Assembly (NCBI GenBank): GCA_000025185.1
Contig: CP001848.1
Span: forward strand, 120,001 to 152,000
Direction: 5' to 3'
Origin: Pirellula staleyi DSM 6068
GTDB lineage: Bacteria > Planctomycetota > Planctomycetia > Pirellulales > Pirellulaceae
Length of the DNA stretch: 32,000 nucleotides
Made by a program: the position numbers and the translations under genes
Shown: in pieces, positions 17,135 through 26,967 of the stretch
Layout: each line of letters starts with the position of its first letter
How positions within the stretch are numbered: the first letter of the stretch is position 1
The notes under the pieces: generated by a model
What the model was told of the DNA's origin: nothing
What the model saw: only the letters and a program-made list of their open reading frames with translations
Database searches by the model: none

Positions 17135-17433
17135 GGTTGCAATTTCCCGTGCCAATCGCCGCTGAATCGAAAACCACCCGCTCTGGAGCCCGCTTGCCCT
17201 TTTAGCCGGTGGAAAAACGTCAGTTTACCCGTAATCAGCAGCGTCGTAAGTAGCCGCCAGCTTCCGGCGAAAATTCGCCCGACCCAGGGGTGAGCGCAAG
17301 TGGGAAGAGCAGATGGTATAGTCATCCCCGGCTGCCAAGCTTGACAATGCGCAGAGCAAGCGATACGAACCATGCTGCACCACCCTGCTTTCCCTGCATG
17401 GGGTGAGTCGACAGACCTCAGAAAGTTTTGCCC

Positions 17434-18495
17434 ATGATCCCCCTCTTTGCTCAAGTTGCTCAAGACGAAATTCCGTTCACAGCGATCATCAGTGTGATCA
17501 TCGCGGGCATGGTGCTGCTGTTCATGCTGATCGCCATCGCGATCTTCGCGAACTACTTTCGGCTCTGGATTCAGTCACGACTCACCGGCGCGGGGATTGG
17601 CATTTGGGATCTCATCGCCATGACCTTCCGTAAGGTCAATAAAGATTTGATCGTGCAAAGCAAGATCATGGCGGTGCAAGCGGGGCTCGACGATCCGGAA
17701 CTCACCCCCCGTGCTCTCGAAGCGCATCACCTGGCTGGCGGCAACGTACGGACAGTGGTCCGGGCACTCATTGCGGCTCGCAAAGCAAAAACGATCCGCC
17801 TCTCGTTCCGCGAAGCCACGGCCATCGATCTGGCTGGTCGTAACGTGCTCGAAGCGGTGCAAACAAGCGTCTATCCCAAAGTGATCGACTGCCCAGCCAA
17901 GGGTGGCATGAAGGACTCGCTCGACGCGGTGGCCAAGAACGGCATTCAGCTGAAAGTGAAAGCCCGAGTGACGGTGCGAGCCAACCTGCAACAGCTGATC
18001 GGTGGTGCGACGGAGGAAACGATCATCGCCCGCGTGGGTGAAGGTATTGTCTCGGCGATTGGCTCGGCCGACGATCATATGGAAGTGCTGGAGACCCCCG
18101 ACCGCATCAGCAAAGCGGTGCTGGCGCGTCGGCTCGACTCGCAAACAGCGTTCGAGATTGTGTCGATCGACATTGCCGACATTGATGTGGGAGAAAACGT
18201 TGGCGCTCGTCTCCGCGCCGATCAAGCTGAAGCCGATACGCGCGTGGCACGAGCCCGCGCTGAAGGTCGCCGCGCAATGGCTGTCGCAGCCGAGCAAGAA
18301 CAAACGGCGAGCATCGAAGAGAGCCGCGCGAAGCTGGTGAATGCGGAAGCGGAAGTCCCCAAGGCGATGGCCGAAGCCTTCCGCACCGGCAAACTGGGTG
18401 TGCTCGACTACTACAAAATGCGCAACGTGCAAGCCGACACCGACATGCGCAAGAGCATCGCTGGTGCAAGTGCCACCGGTGGTTCCAAGAGCTAA
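17434..18495 (+). CDS. floA: flotillin-like SPFH protein FloA (YqfA/UPF0365 family)
   Basis: The track ORF starts at TTG 17428; the ATG is at 17434. Near-colinear resemblance to B. subtilis FloA as I recall it: [117 protein letters not shown]. Confidence 0.9.
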   Translation: MIPLFAQVAQDEIPFTAIISVIIAGMVLLFMLIAIAIFANYFRLWIQSRLTGAGIGIWDLIAMTFRKVNKDLIVQSKIMAVQAGLDDPELTPRALEAHHLAGGNVRTVVRALIAARKAKTIRLSFREATAIDLAGRNVLEAVQTSVYPKVIDCPAKGGMKDSLDAVAKNGIQLKVKARVTVRANLQQLIGGATEETIIARVGEGIVSAIGSADDHMEVLETPDRISKAVLARRLDSQTAFEIVSIDIADIDVGENVGARLRADQAEADTRVARARAEGRRAMAVAAEQEQTASIEESRAKLVNAEAEVPKAMAEAFRTGKLGVLDYYKMRNVQADTDMRKSIAGASATGGSKS

Positions 18496-18566
18496 TGCGA
18501 GTAGTGGTGCGAACTCTCGAGCCTGCGGAACATGCTGCAAAATCTGGACTGCTGAGAACCTAAACC

Positions 18567-19133
18567 ATGGCCGACGACATCGAAGAATTCCTGCGACGTG
18601 CGATTCAGCGTCGCATGGAAGCAGAGAAACGTAGCCGAGGTGGGCAGGCTGCCGAGCAGCCACCGCAGCAAGCAGCTCCTCCGCCACGTCCGATTCAGCC
18701 TCCCACGCGGCGTCAGCCTCCGCAGCAGCAGCGGCCGCGTACGATTGCCACACCGTTTGAACAGCCGATGGTGGTGGAAGCCGAGGTAATCGAAGCCCCC
18801 GTGGCCAAGCGTGCGGAGCGGATGCAGAAGGAACTAGAAAAGGATTTCAAAAGTTCCACTCAGATGGGCGAGCGCGTGAAGCGGCTCGGCCAAGAGGTTG
18901 GACTGGCCGACGACAATCTCGATGCCCACCTGCATCAAACCTTCGATCACACCGTCGGAAGCCTGACGCAAGGTCAGCAAATCGAAGCAGCTGCTGAAGG
19001 TCCTCGGGCCACTGTCTCTCCCGTTGCCACCGAAGTCCTCAAGCTGCTGGCCAATCCCAAATCACTCGCTGCGGCCTTTATTCTCAACGAGATTTTGCAG
19101 CCCAACACCAATCGTTTCGACCACTGGAAGTAA
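18567..19133 (+). CDS. hypothetical protein: N-terminal amphipathic helix, P/Q-rich centre, helical C-terminus
   Basis: 188 aa, ATG start 71 nt after floA, same strand. MADDIEEFLRRAIQRRMEAEKRS..., then QPPQQAAPPPRPIQPPTRRQPPQQQRPR, ending ...LKLLANPKSLAAAFILNEILQPNTNRF. Third-position GC bias is consistent with coding. No family recognised. Confidence 0.6.
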   Translation: MADDIEEFLRRAIQRRMEAEKRSRGGQAAEQPPQQAAPPPRPIQPPTRRQPPQQQRPRTIATPFEQPMVVEAEVIEAPVAKRAERMQKELEKDFKSSTQMGERVKRLGQEVGLADDNLDAHLHQTFDHTVGSLTQGQQIEAAAEGPRATVSPVATEVLKLLANPKSLAAAFILNEILQPNTNRFDHWK

Positions 19134-19286
19134 TTGCAAGTGGATCGGCAGCTACGGCTAGTGATCGCTGCTGGTTGTGACCATCCTCTCTTGAATTAAA
19201 CTTGTCTCCACAACCTGGTTTCACGCAGACTTGTTCTCCGCATTGATCGGCAACTTGATAGGCTCTCGCTCAGGAAAACGCTTCCC

Positions 19287-20204
19287 ATGACAATCGCAAA
19301 AGTAACTCCCGGGGTCACCCGCATCGGTTGGATCGGCACCGGTGTGATGGGCATCAGCATGTGCGGTCACTTGATGGCCAAAGGCTTCGAGGCCTCGGTC
19401 TACACTCGCACCAAAAGCAAAGCACAGCCGCTGCTCGACAAGGGGGCTACCTGGGCTGCTTCGCCGCGCGAACTTGCCATGCGAAGCGATATTGTGTTTG
19501 GGATCGTCGGATTCCCGCGCGATGTCCGCGAAGTCTACCTCGGTGCCGATGGCGCTTTGGCAGGGAGCCGCGCTGGTACCGTGCTGGTCGACATGACCAC
19601 CAGCGAGCCTTCACTGGCAGTGGAAATCTACAACGCGGCTCGTTTGCGGGGTGTGCACTCGGTCGACGCACCTGTTTCGGGTGGCGATATTGGTGCACGC
19701 GAAGCACGCCTCTCGATCATGATTGGTGGCGATCGCGAAGTGGTGGAAGCGCTTCATCCTTGCTGGGAAGCGATGGGCAAAACGATCATTCACCAAGGAG
19801 CTGCAGGGAGCGGTCAGCACACCAAGATGGTGAATCAAACGCTCATCGCTACTGCCATGATCGGCGTTTGCGAAGCGCTGCTCTATGCTCACAAAGCGGG
19901 GCTCGATCTGCCCACCGTGCTGCAGTCGGTGGCTCCCGGCGCTGCTGGAAGCTGGAGCCTGTCGAACCTCGGCCCCCGGATCATCGCCAACAATTTTGAT
20001 CCTGGTTTTGCGGTCGAGCATTTCATCAAGGATATGGGAATCGCCATCGACGAAGCGAACCGCATGGGGCTGAGCTTGCCCGGTCTCGCACTCGCACGGC
20101 AGCTCTACATTGCTCTGCAAGCGCAAGGTCATGGCCGCGATGGCACCCACGCGCTACAGCTCGCGCTCGCTTCGCTTTCGGGGATCGACTGGAAGCGCCG
20201 CTAA
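19287..20204 (+). CDS. NAD(P)-dependent beta-hydroxyacid dehydrogenase (3-hydroxyisobutyrate / tartronate-semialdehyde reductase family)
   Basis: 305 aa. Rossmann fingerprint [17 protein letters not shown], substrate and catalytic region MTTSEP ... DAPVSGG ... [11 protein letters not shown]. Confidence 0.85.
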   Translation: MTIAKVTPGVTRIGWIGTGVMGISMCGHLMAKGFEASVYTRTKSKAQPLLDKGATWAASPRELAMRSDIVFGIVGFPRDVREVYLGADGALAGSRAGTVLVDMTTSEPSLAVEIYNAARLRGVHSVDAPVSGGDIGAREARLSIMIGGDREVVEALHPCWEAMGKTIIHQGAAGSGQHTKMVNQTLIATAMIGVCEALLYAHKAGLDLPTVLQSVAPGAAGSWSLSNLGPRIIANNFDPGFAVEHFIKDMGIAIDEANRMGLSLPGLALARQLYIALQAQGHGRDGTHALQLALASLSGIDWKRR

Positions 20205-20256
20205 GCGAGCACGGAGGTGCGGAGTGCTGGAAGGAGTTTCGCTACAGAATGTCCTC

Positions 20257-20607
20257 ATGCTAGGAGGACTAGCCGTTATCGGCTTTTTCCTCTTCCGCAC
20301 GTCGCGCGGTTTTCTGTTCCGCGCACCGAGCAAATCGACCACACCAGCCGAGATTCAAAAGATTCTCGGCGAGCGGAGCCGCGACTCGGCTCTCGCTGAT
20401 GCCCCGGCCGAAGTGCTGCGGTGGCATGTGGAACTGCACGACACGGCCCGCGATCTGAAGGCCGAACTCGATAGTAAACTGGCGGCCATTCAAGCGGCCA
20501 CCATTGCCGCGAAGCTGGCGACCCAGGAAGCCGAAGCCGCCATCGCTCAGTTGCAAGACGAGCGTCGCGCGCTCGAAACACTTCGCCGCGAGCAGGCCAA
20601 TTCATAG
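20257..20607 (+). CDS. small membrane-anchored coiled-coil protein, hypothetical
   Basis: In-frame ATG at 20257 within track ORF 20110..20607, whose 5' part overlaps the preceding gene. One TM (MLGGLAVIGFFLF), then Ala/Glu/Leu-rich heptad-like sequence (LKAELDSKLAAIQAATIAAKLATQEAEAAIAQLQDERRALE). A GTG at 20224 is an alternative start. Confidence 0.5.
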   Translation: MLGGLAVIGFFLFRTSRGFLFRAPSKSTTPAEIQKILGERSRDSALADAPAEVLRWHVELHDTARDLKAELDSKLAAIQAATIAAKLATQEAEAAIAQLQDERRALETLRREQANS

Positions 20608-20629
20608 CGGCGATTTCGTATCGCGTTTG

Positions 20630-21019
20630 CTACTGGCGGATCACGATGTTGTGCATCACCAGGATCAAGCGGGGCCCGAGGATCAAAACCCCGATTACGA
20701 CCGCCGTGATTGCAGTCACCAGCACAGCCCCGCTCGCTATGTCACAAACATCGGCGATCTCCGGATCATCCTTCAGCGAAACGCGCCGCGCTAAGCGCTC
20801 GATCGCTGTGTTAAAGATCTCTGCCGTAAAGACCGCGCCAATCGCGGCGATGATCCAGACCATGTAGGAAAAGGGCATCCGGACCCAGAACGATAGCAAA
20901 AGCATCAGGGCCGCAACCGGCAGATGGACATAGAAGCTCCGCTCGCCACCGATCGCGATGCCGATGCCGCGCATGGCACTGGCGAACTTCCGAAACCAAG
21001 ATTGTCGGCGTGGATTCAT
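20630..21019 (-). CDS. dgkA: diacylglycerol kinase (prokaryotic DgkA family)
   Basis: 129 aa from the ATG at 21019. Three TM segments. Motifs: ERSFYVHL and AEIFNTAIERLARRV...DIASGAVLV, matching the DgkA E-x-x-N-[ST]-A-I-E signature. Confidence 0.85.
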   Translation of the reverse strand: MNPRRQSWFRKFASAMRGIGIAIGGERSFYVHLPVAALMLLLSFWVRMPFSYMVWIIAAIGAVFTAEIFNTAIERLARRVSLKDDPEIADVCDIASGAVLVTAITAVVIGVLILGPRLILVMHNIVIRQ

Positions 21020-21053
21020 CACCAGCTCCTACGTGACTCCCAGGTCACGTGCT

Positions 21054-24000
21054 TTACTCAATGCCCATCGCTCCTGCTGGAGGAATTTGCGTTCCACCCA
21101 CTTGTCCCAAACGGCTCGAAGGAAGGAAGCGTGGCTCGATAGCAAACTGCAATCCAACGTTGTCGCGGCTGGCATCAAACGTGAACCCGAGACGAATCAA
21201 AAACGATTCGCCAATCCGCGTGACACCAAAATTCTGTCCAATGTTGCCGGTGTCGGAGAGATCGAAGTAAGCACCTCCGGTGAGGATCCACTTCTCGCTC
21301 ATGCGGTAGCTCAGCGACGAAGCAACCACGTTGCTGCTGATCGGACCTTCGGTCGAGCGAATCCCAAAATAAGCCGATCCGTACTCGGGCCGGCTGAGCA
21401 CACCACCCAGGGTGACTTGCTTCAGCCCTTGGCTAAAGACGTCGGCATAGCCATCGGAGAGAATCGTCAAGCGATCCCCAATGTGCCAGCGGAAGTCGTA
21501 ATCGAGCATCCCCAGCTCTTCGCCAAAATTATCCCGCTCTGCTTCGGGGAAGAAGACCGCATCGACGTCGAGCACAATCCAGTCGACGATACGTTCCTGA
21601 CCGGCCAGTCCCCGTTTGGTTTGCCAGCGCTGTTTAATGCCCAGTCGCACTTGCAGCTGATCGTCGGCAATTTCCGTCGAAGGGGAAGTGACACTCCCTT
21701 GCAAGTTGCTACGCAGGGCATAGTAGCGCTCGTCGAACTCGGTGGGGACGAATGTCCCTTGCGCTTGGCCAAACGTGTTGACTGCCATCCGGCGGCGGAA
21801 GTGTTCGGTCGCATCGTCGTCGAGCGCATCATACAGCGGAAGCTCGTCGATATCTTGCGACGCATCGGCGTAGAGGAACTCGGCCTCGTACACAATTTTG
21901 TGGGACAAACCGTTGAGATTCAGCAGTTCGCTTTGAATCGTGGGGTCGGCTTTCCAGACCGGAAGACTGGCGCGGACACCGGTTTGGGCATAGCCCCGTA
22001 GCAAATCTTCGCCGGTCAGATCCTCGCCCCAGTAGGCGACTTCGCCGAGCAGATAAGGGACGATCTTCACCGGCCCCACATCGATCGGCATATCAATCTC
22101 TTGACGCGACACTCCGCGCACCCCTTCACGTTCTGCTTCCCAAGCGAGCGGGCTGTACGAAGCAAAATCGGCCGGCGCAACGGGGGTCGACGAGGTCTCT
22201 AAACGGCCGTAGCCGATCTGAGAGTGGGCATGCCAGGTGAGCTTGTCAAACAGCAGCGACTCCCCAATCCAGAAATGATCGAAGCGGGGCAACCACTCGG
22301 TTTGCGTGAAGAAATCGTTGGGGCGCACGTCGGTCGTGAGGCTCCACGAGCGATTGTCGGTGAGCTTTTTGAGCTCGACACCGGTTGTTTGATCTTTGAG
22401 CGTGTCCCACTCGAGTTCGTAGTACTGCTCGAGGAAGTTGCGGTCGCTAATGAGCCCTACTTCCGCCGAGAACTGATAACCGTCGGGCAAAATATGGCGG
22501 TGATTGGCCAGCACGCGACCACGGAGGTCGGCTTCGGGGACGATATCAAAACGATCGGCCCCGAGGATATCGAGTCCGCTGTCGTGGAGCCCCCAGGCGT
22601 CGATAAAGCCCCGATAAGGACCGGGAAAACCGAGCAGTGTATCCCCTTCGTACTTGAAGTTGGTTCCCAGCGCCAAACCACGCTCGCTCAGGAAGTCGTT
22701 CGAAAGACTCCAGCGTGTCCCTTCGGGAGGCTGACGAATTCCCAGGAGCTGATACATGTCGAGATCGACCAAAAACTGCTGACCAAAAACCCGATCGCTT
22801 TTGATGCGGACCCGGTCGACATAGTAGGTCGGCTTCGTCAGGTCGGTTGCCAGCACCGGCCAGTAGAAGACCGGAACGCCAGCGAGGTAGATATAGTTGT
22901 CGCGTGATTCCGCCAGCAGTTGATGATCGATTTGTGCTTCGCCAGTTTGCGGATCGACCATCGGCTGACCGGTAAACGGATCGATTGCCGGCGTTTGGAC
23001 GTCGGTGACGTTCACGTTCTGAGCCTGGAACCAGTAGCGCGGCACACCGAGTCGGCTGCTGGTGAGGGCCGCGCCGTAGGCCTCGAATCGCTGACGATCG
23101 ATTTGCTGCAGCACTTCGGCCTTGAGTCGCAGCAGTCCCTGATATTCTTCCACAGGGGTGAGCATCTCGGCGCCGAGCACCACACCGTACTCTTGCCGGA
23201 CGTTGTAGTACATCCGATCGGCGTAGATCACCCGATCCCCTTGGCGGAACGTGATGTTCCCTTCGAGGTAGAACTCCATCGGGCCGTCGTTGGTATTGGC
23301 ACTTCCCCCCTGCTGATTCATGTTCAGCTGTGGCGACCAGACCACCAGCCGATCGGTGCTGATCGTGACATTGCCCAGCTGATCGATGCCGTAGATCTGT
23401 ATTTCGACGCCTGAGGTGGCAATCGTCACTCGTTCGTTGCGCTCGGGATCGTTGAACGAGCGAGCATTCCAGCGGGTGCTGCTACGCGGACGAATTTGCA
23501 CGCGGCGGCCGCCGGTCGCCATCAAGTCGCGAGGATTCGACTGTTCGGGACTCGGAGGGGCGATCTCTTCGGTGCGATACTGTGCTTGAACGACGGTTCC
23601 TTGAGCCTCTTGCTGACGCAGTTCGAGACCGCGCGAGAAGATCTCGGGCTTCACCGTCGGCTCTTGAGGTGGAGCAACTGGCAAGCTCATCTGGATGCCC
23701 GCAGTCGTTTGAAAACGGCCGATCCAGATTCGATCGACGAGCGTTTGCTTCGCCTCGTGGGTCACAGCATGCGGATTGCCTCGATGCCCAAATTCGACCT
23801 GCACGTTCCCTTCGAAGTAGCCGATCACGCGGCTCGGCTGTCCGCTATAGATCTCGGCCCGATCGATCCAGAGGACCGCTTCATCCCCTTGCGCGCTGGC
23901 ATCTCCTTGCGTCAGCTTGGCGGCTCCCTTGAGGAGCCAAACTTCGTATTTCCCTTGTGTCCAGTGGGTGGCTGTGGTGGCAGAGATCGCAATCGGAAAC

Positions 24001-24329
24001 TGCGCGTCGCCGACAGGTAGCTCGATCTCGGCCACGGCAGGTGCCGCGCACAGGAGCGTGAGTACGAAAACGACAGCCGCCAAAAAATGATGCAGACTTT
24101 GGCTCAAGCTGCGTGGTGCAAAAGGTCGAACTAACGGCCCAGACGAGTGACGCGAGGAAGTCGCAGCGAAGTTCTCTGGGCGCGCGACGAGAGCGGGCTC
24201 GCGCGGGGCGCGAGCAATTGGTAGCGGTTTGCTACCGGCACTCTGGTTCTTCGAGCGACAGGAAGTGATCAGCGTACTGGCATCCTTGCCACGAGCAGAC
24301 ACATGTTGCAAATCGCTTGCGGCGACCAT
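21054..24329 (-). CDS. lptD: LptD/OstA-like outer-membrane LPS-assembly protein
   Basis: 1091 aa. OstA-type N-terminal beta-jellyroll sequences (KGAAKLTQGDASAQGDEAVLWIDRAE...YFEGNVQVEF; YLEGNITFRQGDRVIYADRMYYNV), then about 700 aa of alternating aromatic/polar beta-strand-like sequence ending in an aromatic-rich C-terminus. The hydrophobic signal core (FLAAVVFVLTLLCAAPAVA) lies about 80 aa after the ATG at 24329. An in-frame TTG at 24107 would give a normal signal peptide. Confidence 0.6.
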   Translation of the reverse strand: MVAASDLQHVSARGKDASTLITSCRSKNQSAGSKPLPIARAPREPALVARPENFAATSSRHSSGPLVRPFAPRSLSQSLHHFLAAVVFVLTLLCAAPAVAEIELPVGDAQFPIAISATTATHWTQGKYEVWLLKGAAKLTQGDASAQGDEAVLWIDRAEIYSGQPSRVIGYFEGNVQVEFGHRGNPHAVTHEAKQTLVDRIWIGRFQTTAGIQMSLPVAPPQEPTVKPEIFSRGLELRQQEAQGTVVQAQYRTEEIAPPSPEQSNPRDLMATGGRRVQIRPRSSTRWNARSFNDPERNERVTIATSGVEIQIYGIDQLGNVTISTDRLVVWSPQLNMNQQGGSANTNDGPMEFYLEGNITFRQGDRVIYADRMYYNVRQEYGVVLGAEMLTPVEEYQGLLRLKAEVLQQIDRQRFEAYGAALTSSRLGVPRYWFQAQNVNVTDVQTPAIDPFTGQPMVDPQTGEAQIDHQLLAESRDNYIYLAGVPVFYWPVLATDLTKPTYYVDRVRIKSDRVFGQQFLVDLDMYQLLGIRQPPEGTRWSLSNDFLSERGLALGTNFKYEGDTLLGFPGPYRGFIDAWGLHDSGLDILGADRFDIVPEADLRGRVLANHRHILPDGYQFSAEVGLISDRNFLEQYYELEWDTLKDQTTGVELKKLTDNRSWSLTTDVRPNDFFTQTEWLPRFDHFWIGESLLFDKLTWHAHSQIGYGRLETSSTPVAPADFASYSPLAWEAEREGVRGVSRQEIDMPIDVGPVKIVPYLLGEVAYWGEDLTGEDLLRGYAQTGVRASLPVWKADPTIQSELLNLNGLSHKIVYEAEFLYADASQDIDELPLYDALDDDATEHFRRRMAVNTFGQAQGTFVPTEFDERYYALRSNLQGSVTSPSTEIADDQLQVRLGIKQRWQTKRGLAGQERIVDWIVLDVDAVFFPEAERDNFGEELGMLDYDFRWHIGDRLTILSDGYADVFSQGLKQVTLGGVLSRPEYGSAYFGIRSTEGPISSNVVASSLSYRMSEKWILTGGAYFDLSDTGNIGQNFGVTRIGESFLIRLGFTFDASRDNVGLQFAIEPRFLPSSRLGQVGGTQIPPAGAMGIE

Positions 24330-24456
24330 CGCGTGGCGACAGCTAGAAGCAGCTGCGTCACATGATCGTCCCTAAGCGCACACGCCGAGCCCTTCGCGAA
24401 ACAGCTCCGCGAACTCTGGGCGCGCACGACCCCAAGCGGGCGGGATTCTAGCTACG

Positions 24457-24472
24457 TGTCGCTTCGGCGACA
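24457..24472. terminator. candidate stem-loop TGTCGC-ttcg-GCGACA downstream of the GT-C gene
   Basis: 6-bp perfect stem with a tetraloop, about 50 nt past the stop at 24524 on the minus strand, in the gap before lptD. Confidence 0.2.
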
Positions 24473-24523
24473 AGGCAGAAAGATGCCGCCGACGGTTTCC
24501 GTAAGTTGCTCTTTGACAGCCAC

Positions 24524-25873
24524 TTACGACTTCACGCTAGCACGCGACGGCCAAGAAAGTGCAGCGACGGCAACCAGTGCGGCGACCGGCATCGCGGGGG
24601 CACGCATCCGCAGATTGGTCCAGTAGAAGGTGTGAATCGCCAGCAGTGATAGCGGTAGCAGTAGCGCCAAGAGCCACGAAAACTGGCGATAGCAACCATC
24701 GCGAATCAGCTTCCACAGCCCCACGATCGCGAGCCCCGCCAGGCAGGTGTACCAGACGGCAACCGCATAGCGGGCCAGCTGTGCGGCGAGCGATTCGTTC
24801 TCCACGAGCTGATGGGGGAGTGGGCTGATCAGCTGCCACCAGCGATGGAGCGTCGCGCGGACGAGCCCCGCTGGATTGTCGCGCATGGTTTGGATCGCCA
24901 GGTCGCGGCAATGACGATCCATCGCCATTTCGAGCGGCATGATCGCTTCGCCCCGCTGCTGGGGAACCGCTGCCATGATGACGCGCTGATCTTCGCGCCG
25001 GAGGGTTTGCTGCTCGGCAAGCTCCCTCAGCTGCGCGTCGAGACGGTCGCTCTTCCACGGCACCGGCGACGTGGAGGTGGCGAGATGCTGGTAGTACTCC
25101 TCGTTATTGCCCAGTAGCAGCGTGTAGCCACCATGCGTGGTGGTGACGATCACGCGATGAAACTGAAAGTAGTTTTGGAGCACCCACGGACAGAGGACCA
25201 GCATGCTGGTGCTGGCGACGAGCACTAGTTCGGCCACTGTTTGCCGCCGCGAGTTTCCAGCAATGCTACCGAAAATCAGCTGCCACAGCAGGAGCATCGC
25301 AACGAGCGCCAGCCAGGGCAAAAACGTGGGACGACACAGGATCGCGAGCCCAAAGAGAATTCCGAGCAGAACCACCAGCGTGATGCGGCGAGTTCGATTC
25401 TGGCTGGTCGCTTCATACTGCACAGCCACAAAAATCAGAAGCGCGGCGAGGAATGTCGCCAAGGTTTCGGTCATCACGAGGGCTTGCTGACGGAGCAAAA
25501 TCGGATCGCAGAGAACGATCATCGCAGCGAGTATCGCTAAAGCATCCGAAGCCAGTAGCTTCCGCGCAATGCCGTAAGTGAGCAGCACCGTACTCGTGCC
25601 CAGCAGCAGATGCAGCGCAAAGAGGGCGCTGGTAACCGACGCATCGGTCGGCGCGAGGATCGCAATTAGCCAGGGATAAAGCGGTGGCCGAAAGGCAGTG
25701 GGATGCACGCTCCCCGACTCGTGTTTTAGCGAATAAACGCCTGTTTGGCGGAGATTTTCGGCGATTTGACGATAGGCGTCGGGATCCGCATCGAGGCTGG
25801 CGCGCTGCAGGTAGAGAGTTGCGCCGCGAACCAGTAGCGAGAGCCCAACGAGCAGCCAGAGGATATTTCGCAT
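24524..25873 (-). CDS. GT-C fold membrane glycosyltransferase (ArnT/PMT-like, family 39/83-type)
   Basis: 449 aa, ATG start, about 10 or more hydrophobic helices. The first periplasmic-loop region has acidic residues (SLDADPDAYRQIAENL) and the FRPPLYPWLIA motif typical of ArnT/PMT_2 proteins. The family call rests on motif resemblance only. Confidence 0.55.
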   Translation of the reverse strand: MRNILWLLVGLSLLVRGATLYLQRASLDADPDAYRQIAENLRQTGVYSLKHESGSVHPTAFRPPLYPWLIAILAPTDASVTSALFALHLLLGTSTVLLTYGIARKLLASDALAILAAMIVLCDPILLRQQALVMTETLATFLAALLIFVAVQYEATSQNRTRRITLVVLLGILFGLAILCRPTFLPWLALVAMLLLWQLIFGSIAGNSRRQTVAELVLVASTSMLVLCPWVLQNYFQFHRVIVTTTHGGYTLLLGNNEEYYQHLATSTSPVPWKSDRLDAQLRELAEQQTLRREDQRVIMAAVPQQRGEAIMPLEMAMDRHCRDLAIQTMRDNPAGLVRATLHRWWQLISPLPHQLVENESLAAQLARYAVAVWYTCLAGLAIVGLWKLIRDGCYRQFSWLLALLLPLSLLAIHTFYWTNLRMRAPAMPVAALVAVAALSWPSRASVKS

Positions 25874-25977
25874 AACAAAAAAAGTAGCTGCTCGGCGGAG
25901 TTGTTACTGGCAGAGTCGCGCGTCCCTAGCTGTCGGCTTCGACCTGAGCTATTCCGTTCCGCTGGGTCGCCGATGGT

Positions 25978-26907
25978 TTACTCGTTCGATGCTGCTTTGC
26001 TCTCTGCTTCAGACTCGAGAATGCGGCGTGCTTTCTCAATCTCTGCCATTTTCGCGTCGTCGACTTCCGGATATTGGGCGTTGAGGTCGTCGATCGTTTT
26101 CGTGATCACCCGGGCGACAATCGCGCGGCTGACCCACTTGTGATCGGCTGGGACCACGTACCAAGGTGCATGCTTGGTGCTGGTGGCCTCGAGCGCCTCC
26201 TCGTAAGCCGCTTGATAGTCGTCCCAGTAGCCTCGCTCGGTAATATCGGACGGGGAAAACTTCCAGTACTTCTTCGGATCGGTCACACGCTCGAGAAACC
26301 GCTTGCGCTGCTCTTCTTTCGACACGTTGAGGAAGAACTTAAGGATTTTGGTGCCGTTGCGCGAGAGGTGCTCCTCGAAGCTGTTGATATCTTCGTAGCG
26401 ACCGTTCCAGAACTGGCGGTTCACTTTAGCGCCCGGAATGCGTTCGGTGTTCACGAGCTCGGGATGCACTTTCACGATCAGCACATCTTCGTAGTAGCTA
26501 CGATTGAAAATGCCGATCCGCCCACGTTCCGGGAGGACCTTCATGCAGCGCCACAAAAAGTTGTGATCGAGCTCTTCGGCCGAAGGATGCTTGAAGCTGT
26601 AGACCTGGCAGCCTTGCGGGTTCACGCCGCGAAGCACATGTTTGATCGTCCCATCTTTACCCGCCGCATCCATCGCTTGCAGGATGATGAGGACGCTCCA
26701 CGAATCGCTGGCGTAGAGTCGCTCTTGCGCATCGGCCAGTTCGGCGGCGTTTTCCGCGAGCACATCCTCGGCAAACTTTTTGCGTTCCGCTTTGGGAACT
26801 TTGCTATCACCGGCCCAAGCAGGATCACAATGCTTGAGCCTGAACTTCTTCCCCGGTTCGACTTGAAAACGCTGGATCAATTTGTCGATGGTGGGGAAGT
26901 TTGGCAT
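25978..26907 (-). CDS. ppk2: polyphosphate kinase 2 family (polyphosphate:nucleotide phosphotransferase)
   Basis: The ATG at 26907 (MPNFPTIDKL) is preferred over the track start at 26958. Walker-A-like ILQAMDAAGKDGTIKHV, FNRSYYEDVLIVKVH, a lid region, and the C-terminal TSTKHAPWYVVPADHKW typical of single-domain PPK2. Confidence 0.85.
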   Translation of the reverse strand: MPNFPTIDKLIQRFQVEPGKKFRLKHCDPAWAGDSKVPKAERKKFAEDVLAENAAELADAQERLYASDSWSVLIILQAMDAAGKDGTIKHVLRGVNPQGCQVYSFKHPSAEELDHNFLWRCMKVLPERGRIGIFNRSYYEDVLIVKVHPELVNTERIPGAKVNRQFWNGRYEDINSFEEHLSRNGTKILKFFLNVSKEEQRKRFLERVTDPKKYWKFSPSDITERGYWDDYQAAYEEALEATSTKHAPWYVVPADHKWVSRAIVARVITKTIDDLNAQYPEVDDAKMAEIEKARRILESEAESKAASNE

Positions 26908-26967
26908 GCGTGATGAGCACCTCGAAAAAAGGAGCGTGGCGGGTATCGCACACGCCATATCAAACCA

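Noticed and set aside
17341-17369. TTGACA (17341-17346) followed 17 nt later by TACGAA, upstream of floA, as a sigma70-type promoter.
   Set aside because: The -10 match is poor, planctomycete promoter consensus is not established, and a single hexamer match in 278 bp is expected by chance.
24171-24430. Direct repeat ctctgggcgcgc (24175-24186 and 24415-24426) near the lptD 5' end.
   Set aside because: Only 12 exact bases. In 32 kb of GC-rich DNA tens of such 12-mer coincidences are expected by chance, and the match does not extend.
25389-25405. gagttcgattctggc, a tRNA T-arm-like string.
   Set aside because: It lies inside the GT-C coding region, the flanks do not form a T-stem or the rest of a cloverleaf, and no acceptor stem is present.
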